From the NCBI RefSeq assembly GCF_006345805.1, contig NW_021825404.1, positions 1 through 15,645 of the forward strand: a stretch of DNA of 15,645 nucleotides. Reading direction: 5' to 3'. This document shows positions 1 to 7,688 of the stretch, in pieces (the stretch's first letter is position 1; each line of letters starts with the position of its first letter). The position numbers and the translations under genes are program-made. Below the pieces are notes generated by a model that worked only from the letters and a program-made list of their open reading frames with translations, did no database searches and was not told where the DNA came from. This DNA comes from Octopus sinensis. Lineage: Eukaryota.

Positions 1-258
1 TATTCAAAAACTAACGCAGCGAAAATTTTGAAAAGTTCCCCCAGTTCTGAAAAAAATCGATAAATTCGACATGGGGTCGAGAATCAGAAACCCAAACCAC
101 AGACCGTTAGGGGACGCAACTCCACCTTTTTTAACTCTCAAAAAAATTTACCATCATTTTTTTTCCATTTTTTTGCTATTTTTTGGGTATAACTCTCTAA
201 AAATGCTTTATAGTTATTTCCCTTACAAACCTGAGCAACGCCGGGCGATACTGCTCGT
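1..258 (+). mobile_element. Probable 3' terminus of a non-autonomous Helitron-like element (5' part outside the window)
   Basis: GC-rich hairpin CCTGAGC-AAC-GCCGGG at 230-245, followed 8 nt later by CTCG|T at 254-258, one substitution from the Helitron CTAG/CTRR end inserted before T. The 5' boundary is a guess. Confidence 0.5.
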
Positions 259-700
259 AAATAAGGTACAATAAGTGTGTGTGCGTGTGTGTGTATGCCC
301 TCACTCGTGTAAGTACTGAGTATATTTCAGATAGGAACTGTTGTTTAGATCCAGGTTATTAGTTAAGGGGCCATTATTGACAGTAGATAACGCATTGGAT
401 TAAAAAGTAAAATTCGGAAGGAATCAAGTTTAGTAAGTAACTCACAAAAGAAACTAATAGATTAGCGAGAAGACTTGTCGGTAGGACATAGTGTCTGACA
501 AATTCCCTTGAGCAGTTATTTATTGTTTAACACTCACAGCCTGTTAAAGATGAGGGTGGTAAAGCAATTTGGATACAAGTGTGAGAAGCTAGCCGTAGTC
601 GAAAATCCGAGATAATGTTTTTTCTAGGACAGGACAATGCGCACTATCAAAGTAGATGGATATTGTCTCCCAGCGGCACGTAACTGAAGTATTTGGTATA

Positions 701-780
701 GTTCAAATTCCGCCGAGGTCGACTTTGTCTTTTATCCTTGGGGCTCGATAAAATAAGTGCCAATCAAGCACTGAGGACAA
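701..780 (+). mobile_element. SINE family A fragment (starts at the B-box)
   Basis: GTTCAAATTCCGCCGAGGTCGACTTTG...TCGATAAAATAAGTGCC matches the fuller copies at 1132 and 5952. Confidence 0.85.
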
Positions 781-808
781 CTTACTTGAAATCATTAATA
801 TTATTATT

Positions 809-1010
809 AGGGCAGCGAGCTAGCGAAATTGTTACCTCACCGGACAAAATGCTGGACAGGATTTCGTCTACTTTTATGCTCTACGTTCAAATTACGCTGA
901 GGTTAACTTTGATTTTCATCCTTTCGGGGTCGATAAATTAAGTCGATGTAATCCATTTTCTCTCCTTCAATATTTCAGGCCTTCTGCTTATAGTGGAAAG
1001 TAGAAAGGAT
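809..1010 (+). mobile_element. SINE family A, diverged copy
   Basis: Head GGCAGCGAGCTAGCGAAATTGTTA, B-box-like GTTCAAATTAC, central TTTCATCCTTTCGGGGTCGATAAATTAAGT, tail TTTCAGGCCTT...AGTAGAAAGGATT. Confidence 0.85.
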
Positions 1011-1021
1011 TGCTTTATTAT

Positions 1022-1125
1022 GAAGTGGCGATAAATTAAATACCAGTTGCATACTGGGGTCGATCTAATTGATTGCCCCCCCCCTCACCCAAAATTTCGG
1101 GCCTTGTGCCTAGAGTAGAAAAGAT
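1022..1125 (+). mobile_element. SINE family A, internally deleted copy
   Basis: Head start AAGTGGCGA is fused directly to TAAATTAAATACCAG, then CTGGGGTCGATCTAAT and tail AAATTTCGGGCCTTGTGCCTAGAGTAGAAAAG. Confidence 0.8.
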
Positions 1126-1131
1126 TATTAT

Positions 1132-1712
1132 GAAGGTGGCGAGCTGGCAGAGTCGTTAGCACGCTGGGCGAAATGCTTAGCCGTATTTCGTCTGCCGCTA
1201 CGTTCTGAGTTCAAATTCCGCCGAGGTCGACTTTGCCTTTCATCCTTTGGGGGTCGATTAAATAAGTACCAGCTATGCACTGGGGTCAATGTAATCGACT
1301 TAATCCGTTTGACTGTCCTTGTTTGTCCCCTGTGTGTTTAGCCCCTTGTGGGTAGCAAAGAAATATGTATTTCGTCTGCTGCCACATTCTGAGTTCAAAT
1401 TCCGCCGAGGTCGACTTTGCTTTTCATCCTTCCGGGGTCGATTAAATAAGTACCTGTTACGCACTGGGGTCGATATAATCGACTTAACCCGTTTGTCTGT
1501 CCTTGTTTGTCCTCTCCGTGTTTAGCCCGTTGTGGGTAGTAAAGAAATAGGTATTTCGTCTGCTGTCACATTCTGAGTTCAAATTCCGCCGAGGTCGACT
1601 TTGCCTTTCATCGTTTCGGGGTCGATAAAATAAGTATCAGTCGAGCACTGGGTCGAGGTTATCGACTTACACCCTCCCAAATGTTGCTGGCTTCGTGTTA
1701 AAATATGAAACC
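1132..1712 (+). mobile_element. SINE family A: tRNA-like head plus 184-bp internal tandem array (2 full units and a terminal unit)
   Basis: A-box-like TGGCAGAGTCG and B-box-like GAGTTCAAATTCC. GTATTTCGTCTG recurs at 1183, 1367 and 1551 (period 184), with high identity between units. Confidence 0.92.
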
Positions 1713-1720
1713 ATTACTAT

Positions 1721-1935
1721 TAAGGTGGCGAAATGGCAGAATCGTTCGCACGCCGGACATGATGCTTAGCATTTCGGCTGGCTTTACTTTCTGAGTTCAA
1801 ATATCGCCGAGGTCAAATTTGCTTTTTCATCCTTTTGCAGTGATGAAATAAATATCAGTCAATTATGGAGACTATGCCATCGACTAACTCTCTAACTCAA
1901 AATTGTTGGCCCTCTACCTAAACCAGAAGCATCAT
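1721..1935 (+). mobile_element. SINE family A, diverged near full-length copy
   Basis: AAGGTGGCGAAATGGCAGAATCGTT head, CTGAGTTCAAAT B-box, TTTCATCCTTTTG centre, AAAATTGTTGGCC tail. Confidence 0.85.
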
Positions 1936-2077
1936 TGTTGTTGTTGTTATACACACACGCACATATGTAAGATGCTAGAAACCATACATACAGGTATGTG
2001 TATGTGTGTGTGTATGTATCTATATACACATATATAGTATATATGTGTATGCATGAATGTATGTTTGGGTGTTTGTG

Positions 2078-2089
2078 TCTATCTATCTA

Positions 2090-2136
<47 letters not shown>
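2078..2136. repeat. (CTAT)n/(CTGT)n tetranucleotide microsatellite
   Basis: Direct reading. Confidence 0.95.
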
Positions 2137-2235
2137 GTTTAAGCCTAGTACTTATTCTATCGATCTCTTTTGCCGAACTGCTAACTTACTACGACGTAAA
2201 CACACCAGCATTGGTCGTCAACCGATAATGAGGTG

Positions 2236-2286
<51 letters not shown>

Positions 2287-2412
2287 GGACGGACTTTTTT
2301 CAGTTTCCGTCTACTAAATCCATTCACAAGTCTTTCGTCAGTCGGAGGCTATAGCAAAAGACTCTCGTTAAATGTGCCATGTGGTTGGGAAGCAGCTTCT
2401 TCTACACACAGC
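2137..2412 (-). mobile_element. SINE family B, diverged, 3'-truncated, B-box region deleted
   Basis: Reverse complement aligns to the 7689-8118 copy (AAGCCTAGTACTTATTCTATCG, TTTGCCGAAC, CAGTTTCCGTCTAC, CCATGTGGTTGG); internal (CA)n(TA)n at 2238-2286. Confidence 0.88.
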
Positions 2413-2437
2413 TTCTCTTTCTCTCTCCACCCTCTCT

Positions 2438-2449
2438 ATGTATATATAG

Positions 2450-2513
<64 letters not shown>

Positions 2514-2530
2514 ACGTTATATATATATGT
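2438..2530. repeat. (TA)n microsatellite
   Basis: Direct reading. Confidence 0.95.
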
Positions 2531-2569
2531 ATAGCTTCTACCACATGCTTCAGGCAATACATTTGAAAC

Positions 2570-2785
2570 GAGGGAACAACTGTTTACACCAGCCTCAGCA
2601 CTTAGCTGGTACTTTTATTATTTAATACCGATTTGAGAAAGATGAAAAGCAAAGTGAACCTCGACAGAATTTGACTGAATTTGAACAGAAGCCCAATAAA
2701 TAAATAAATAAATGAATAAATAAATAAATAACTACTGCAAGGCATTTTGTTAATCGCTTTCCTGATTCTGCACTTGCACCACCCT
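2570..2785 (-). mobile_element. Old SINE family A copy interrupted by (TAAA)n at about 2696-2731
   Basis: Reverse complement reads GGTGGTGCAAGTGCAGAATC...AAAATGCCTTGCAGTA...TCAAATTCTGTCGAGGTTCACTTTGCTTTTCATCTTT...AAGTACCAGCT. Confidence 0.7.
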
Positions 2786-3194
2786 TTATTATTTCTAATA
2801 TTACAATTAATTTCCTATTACAAAGTAGATGGTTTTTTCTAATGGCCGTTGCACCATTGTCGGCTGCAATGCACCCGTGTCGCCATCTGTCGATGTTCGT
2901 GAAATTGATCAGTTTCAGTCAACTGACCGTGCATGTATATATATATATATATACATATATACATATATGTGTGTGTATGTATTTCGTTAGCCTTTTTTTC
3001 TTTTTAATTCGTTACTGTTTGTGTGGGCTCCATTTCAATGACCAAATAAGCAAACATTAAAAGTGTGTAAGTGTGGAAGTAGGTGAGTTTAAGTGTATGT
3101 GAGTGTATATGTGCGTGCGTGTGGTGTTTGTGTGTGCCGTATGAGGTAGTGTTGTCAAAAGTTAACATTGATCCCCTGTTATATACGCCAGTAA

Positions 3195-3276
3195 TATACA
3201 TACATACATATACATACATACATATATATATATGTATATATAATATATATATATATATAATTATATATATAATAAT

Positions 3277-3322
<46 letters not shown>

Positions 3323-3362
3323 TATATATATATACACGCATACACACACACATATATACATA
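3195..3362. repeat. Compound (TACA)n/(TA)n/(CA)n microsatellite
   Basis: Direct reading. Confidence 0.95.
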
Positions 3363-3757
3363 TTTTATTCTTTTTTTATTCTTTTACTTGTTTTAGTCAT
3401 TTGACTGTGGCCATGCTGGAGCACTATCTTTTGTCGAACAAATCGACCCCAGAACATATTTTTTGTAAGCCTAGTACTTATTCTATCAGTCTCTTTGCCG
3501 AACCTCTAAGTTACGGGAACGTAAAAACACCAGCATCGGTTGTCATGCGATGATGGTGGTGATGGTGGTGGGGCAAACACAGACACACAAACATACACAC
3601 ACACATATATACACATATATACATATATACGACGGGCTTCTTTTAGTTTCCGTCAACCAAATCCACTCACAAGGCTTTGGTTGGCCCGAGCCTAAAAGAG
3701 AAGACACATGTCCAAGGTGCCACGCAGTGGGATTGAGCCCGGAACCATGTGGTTGGT
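3363..3757 (-). mobile_element. SINE family B, lacking about 40 nt of the head
   Basis: Colinear with the reverse complement of 7689-8118, from the TTCTTTTACTTG tail to GGAACCATGTGGTTGGTA. Confidence 0.92.
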
Positions 3758-3855
3758 AGATAGATAAGATTTACTTGGAAATGGATGCGTGGCGTTCGAT
3801 CATATAATAATATAAATAGTTTATATATATGCATATACACACATTGCCCATACAT

Positions 3856-4022
3856 TCGAAACGCGGTGTAGATAAAACAGGGGACAGCTAATGAAGGGAA
3901 TGTTCTTTATGTTGCTTGTCAGATTTCTCTATTTGTTTCTTTCGTTGGTTTTCCATGCTTTTGTTTTTTATATTCTTGTTTCTCAATTTGTTCGCGTTCT
4001 TTTGACGTCCTGTACCCATATA
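3856..4022. repeat. Unclassified interspersed repeat fragment, possibly Penelope-like terminal sequence
   Basis: CGAAACGCG motif, then a T-rich stretch ending TTTGACGTCCTGTACCCATATATG. Resembles a repeat I recall from cephalopod DNA; no second copy in the window to confirm. Confidence 0.3.
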
Positions 4023-4208
4023 TGCATGTATATATACATATATATGTAGGCATGTACATGTATGTGTGTATATATGCATATATATATATATATATATATA
4101 TATAATGATAAATCTCAGAGCGAGTTATAAACAGTAGCGGCAACACATCGTGACTTATATTTGCCATTTGAATTTTTTTAGTCATCCTTCCCGTCTTAGT
4201 CATCCTTC

Positions 4209-4241
4209 CCGATGATAGGTCAATACCTTGAAACTCGAGTC
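4209..4241 (+). ncRNA. Degenerate hammerhead-like core (helix I missing)
   Basis: CCGAUGA (U4 to C), helix II AGGU-CAAU-ACCU, GAAAC-UCGA-GUC with a GUC triplet. No 5' partner strand for helix I. Confidence 0.45.
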
Positions 4242-4465
4242 CGTGTGTATCATAAGTTGAAGACGGGAAGGATGACTTCCCTTCACAAATACTAATAGGG
4301 CACAGAAAGTGTGTCTATACCCAGCTGGAGGAGGTGTCTTCCTGGGGCTACAAACTACAGTGCATCCACCCTTAGGGGTTAGCCATATTCAAATGGCAAT
4401 TATATTGATCAGTTAGCTGATCGGCTTAAGCGAAGCAGGGTCGTTGTTTATTTTATGGTATATTC

Positions 4466-4513
4466 AGGCCTGCTGATGATTACGTAAGTATGAAATCACT
4501 GTGATACAGGTCT
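4466..4513 (+). ncRNA. Minimal type I hammerhead ribozyme motif
   Basis: Helix I AGGCCUG/CAGGUCU (7 bp, one G.U); exact CUGAUGA at 4473-4479; helix II UAC-GUAA-GUA closed by a U.U mismatch; GAA at 4492-4494; helix III AUCA-CUG-UGAU; NUH triplet AUA with predicted cleavage after 4506. Confidence 0.72.
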
Positions 4514-4642
4514 ATATTTTTTAAATGTCTTTCTTTGAAAATTGCATTCGGTGGGATTAGTAATATTTTTGGTAGAAATGACTGATTGTCCCTCTTGCGT
4601 ATGGCGTGTATGTAGAATGCCTCCTGCATGTATGTATAATGC

Positions 4643-4660
4643 CCTCTATATATAAATATA

Positions 4661-4698
<38 letters not shown>
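4643..4698. repeat. (TA)n microsatellite
   Basis: Direct reading. Confidence 0.95.
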
Positions 4699-4699
<1 letters not shown>

Positions 4700-4769
4700 C
4701 GCGGGCAGTACCATGTAACACTGATGTGTGCGGATCTATATCTACGTCCGAGCGTGGATGTATCTAAAC

Positions 4770-4958
4770 GTATGTGTACGAGTGTGTGTATGTGTATGTG
4801 TGTGTGTGCGGTGTGCGCGCGCGTGTGTGTGTGTATATGTGCATCTGTGCACGAGTGATATGTTTTGGACTAGAATACGTTGCCATATTCGCGGGCACTG
4901 TATGCGTATACATGCAGGTACACATACATACATACATACATACACGCGCACACACACA

Positions 4959-5001
<43 letters not shown>

Positions 5002-5050
5002 GCATGCAGACAGACATTCACACACGCACACACACATACACACACATATA
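4770..5050. repeat. (TG)n/(CG)n tract followed by (CA)n/(TACA)n tract
   Basis: Direct reading; source of the spurious CV- and HT-rich ORFs. Confidence 0.9.
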
Positions 5051-5330
5051 TAGTTTACTTTCCGTACTCCATCAAGTGAGAGATAAATATTATTTTATGC
5101 ACACAGTATACAGTTAATAGCTAATAATAGTTTCATGCGTTGGAGATGTAGTCTCGACAAGTTTTAATAACACACCTTGTGTCTACAGGCTCTAAATGCA
5201 TGGCTTATACAATTCAAAAATACATATAAACATATATGTGTATGTATGTATGTATGCATGTATGTATGTATGTTTGTATGCACGCGCATATTTGAATGTT
5301 ACTAAATAATTATATATCCCAAGCGTTTTC

Positions 5331-5368
5331 CCACCATGTCTGCAGTCCAATGACTGAAACAAGTTAAA

Positions 5369-5370
<2 letters not shown>
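5331..5370 (+). mobile_element. SINE family B 3'-tail remnant
   Basis: CCACCATGTCTGCAGTCCAATGACTGAAACAAGTTAAA vs CCAGCATGGCCGCAGTCAAATGACTGAAACAAGTAAAA at 8049-8086. Confidence 0.75.
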
Positions 5371-5406
<36 letters not shown>

Positions 5407-5446
5407 TTATAAATAGATATGTTGTGTGTGTATGTACGTATGTATG

Positions 5447-5488
<42 letters not shown>

Positions 5489-5534
5489 ATATAAATATAA
5501 ATATATTAATATATATATATATATCTATATATAT

Positions 5535-5566
<32 letters not shown>

Positions 5567-5570
5567 CACA
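5371..5570. repeat. Long imperfect (TA)n microsatellite
   Basis: Direct reading. Confidence 0.95.
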
Positions 5571-5642
5571 TGTGTGCATGTGTTTGTGTTTGTATTTATC
5601 CACATGTACACATATATTTGAAGGTTAATTACGTGACTTGAT

Positions 5643-5770
5643 GTTCTGAGTTCAGACCTTACCGAAACCGACTATGGCTCACAGCCTTTTGCGGTCGACC
5701 AAATAACGAACTTTTTAAATATCGGAGGTCTATTTAATCGGCTACATCCTTCTCCCAAATTGCTGGATGT
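5643..5770 (+). mobile_element. Highly diverged SINE family A remnant
   Basis: GTTCTGAGTTCAGA, GCCTTTTGCGGTCGACCAAATAA, GGAGGTCTATTTAATCGGCT, CCCAAATTGCTGG in the expected order. Confidence 0.6.
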
Positions 5771-5951
5771 GTTTGTGTACAAGACTGTGGCGAGTTTCTA
5801 CGTCATCATTAGGTGTATGCACCTCCGTATTCCCGATGTGTTTGCAACATTGTCCTTTCCTGTGGTATAAATATACCACTCATTAGTTTTACTTTGTTAA
5901 GGGATTTACTTTGGTGTTTCTTTGTTTCTTGTATTGTTTTAGCAATTTGTT

Positions 5952-6345
5952 AGAGCTGCGAGCTGGCAGGATCGCTAGAACACCGGGAGAAATGATTAAC
6001 GGTATTTCGTCTGCCGCTACGTTCTGAGTTCAAATTCCGTCGAGGTCGACTTTGCCTTTCATCTTTTCGGGGTCGATTAAATAAGTACCAGTACACACTG
6101 GGGTCGATATAATCGACTTAATCTGTTTGTCTGTCCTTGTTTCTCCTCTCTTTGTTTATCCCCTTGTGGGTAGTAAAGAAATAAGTATTTCGTCTGCCGC
6201 TACGCTCTGAGTTCAAATTCCGCCGAGGTCGTCTTTGACTTTCGTCTTTTCGGGCTCGATAAATTAAGTACCAGTTGAGTGGTGGGGTCGATGTAATCCA
6301 CTATCCCCATCCTCCAAATTTCAAGCCTTTTGCCTATAATACAAA
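5952..6345 (+). mobile_element. SINE family A: head plus one 183-bp unit plus terminal unit
   Basis: GTATTTCGTCTGCCGCTACG at 6002 and 6185; same architecture as 1132-1712. Confidence 0.92.
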
Positions 6346-7449
6346 GGTTTATTTTAGTAATTTCTTTTGTGTAGCTTATATTCGATGTGAGTTTTGATAT
6401 TTTACAAATGTTTATGGTTCTCATGTTGATTCTATACACCCATATATGGTAAGACATTGTGATTATGTAGCACTGGTTGTCAACAAGTTTTTGCCTATAG
6501 ACATCCTTTGATTCCTATTTTACTCGGACGGATGCCCCCAGCCATTCAATGTTTAGAAAATCCTATTATATTTTCATACTTAAATATTATACGGAATTAT
6601 AAAAAAATAATTATTAAAATATTTTGTGTATTATAGATGTGTAAATAATTTATTGAATATACATTTTAACAACAAAATCTTATATCGACCTCGGATGAGA
6701 GTCACTGATGTAGAGTTTGTATCGTGATGGTTTGTGTAATATTAATGGGTCGCAGCTGTGTAGAATACGATTTATGTGAGTTGTTGATGTTGCAGTGTCA
6801 GGTCTCGGTTGTGTGTGTACACTGTTATTTAATTGAGTGCTGATTGTGTAATGAATATATTGTGTGGGTTATGTTAATTCATTAAGCAATTATTGTATTG
6901 GGTATGTATTTTGTGCAGTAAGGGTATTATATGAATTGTGATGTTGAGTTGAGAGTGCTTGACATCTGTTTTGGGTCAGTGACGCTTGGGGTAGCCCTAG
7001 AATTTGCATGAGCCCCACTTCACGCCACTGGCAAACAGTTTATACAAGCTTGTATAGTAGACCCAAAAGCGTTGCCCACATAAAAGCGTCGCTCGGGATG
7101 GACCGCCCCTCGCCTACCAGCTAAGCTACAGCTGTGGGCTGAGCCAAACAGAGCTATGTTTTGGACTGTGTGTTTGTATGTTGTTATATATATATATTTT
7201 ACCATACCCAACGTTGTAGTTATTGATACTGTTTTTTCTTTCATAGTCAATATTCTGTTCAAAAGGTATCAGTGTGCAGGTATTTTCCTATCAGTCCTTG
7301 ATTATAATATGATTAAACTGTTTAAAGATGATATATAAGCTGCTCAGAATTTGAAAAAAAATATTAATAAAATAACCATTTCTCTTTGTTAAAAAAGAAA
7401 ATAAATTTTGAAGGCAAGAATAAAAGGCTTGAATAAAAAGGCAAGAATT

Positions 7450-7534
7450 AAGGCGGCGAGCTGGCAGAAACGTTAGCACGCCGGGCGAAATGCGTAGACG
7501 CATTTCGTCTACTGCTATGTTCTGAGTTCAAATT
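7450..7534 (+). mobile_element. SINE family A, tRNA-like head only
   Basis: AAGGCGGCGAGCTGGCAGAAACGTTAGCACGCCGGGCG...CTGAGTTCAAATT; similarity stops right after the B-box. Confidence 0.9.
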
Positions 7535-7688
7535 TGTTGGTAAGAATTTAATAGTTGAAAAAAATTCTGTATGTTACAGCAATATATTCGACCTTCTCTC
7601 ATCCACTGTTACAGAGCATCGACATAGAACTGAGGAAATTCTGAAGTATCGTGCTGTATTGTTAGTAAAATATACTATATACGATGTA

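Larger units (their letters stand above)
4178..4520 (+). mobile_element. Putative Penelope-like or retrozyme-like element fragment carrying hammerhead motifs
   Basis: Two same-strand hammerhead-type cores with palindromic helix III, and an 18-bp inverted repeat (4180-4197 vs 4260-4277). No RT or GIY-YIG coding sequence seen. Confidence 0.5.

Noticed and set aside
612-650. FFLGQDNAHY resembling the mariner/Tc1 (H/Q)DNA catalytic motif
   Set aside because: Only a 4-residue match; no supporting upstream or downstream transposase motifs or TIRs could be traced.
1183-1712. Regularly spaced repeats resembling a CRISPR array or tRNA gene cluster
   Set aside because: The whole 184-bp unit is repeated with no unique spacers, the context is eukaryotic, and the heads do not fold into complete cloverleaf tRNAs.
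701-1935. Idea that SINE A is mobilised by the Dong/R4 element in this window
   Set aside because: SINE A is followed by (ATT)n on its sense strand whereas the LINE ends in (TAA)n, the opposite strand, and their 3' ends show no similarity.
3856-3905. Possible third hammerhead (CGAAACGCG; CTAATGA)
   Set aside because: GAAAC is not preceded by a CUGANGA core, and the CTAATGA downstream is not followed by GAAA; the order and pairing do not fit.
5862-5879. GTGGTATA-AA-TATACCAC hairpin
   Set aside because: An isolated 8-bp inverted repeat with no context; expected occasionally in 15 kb of AT-rich DNA.
6969-7130. Short inverted repeats (TTTTGGGTC/GACCCAAAA), a 16-bp palindrome TATACAAGCTTGTATA at 7041-7056, and a CACGCCACTG motif suggesting a MITE
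   Set aside because: Arms are short, nested inconsistently, and there is no target-site duplication; compatible with chance or a very old relic.
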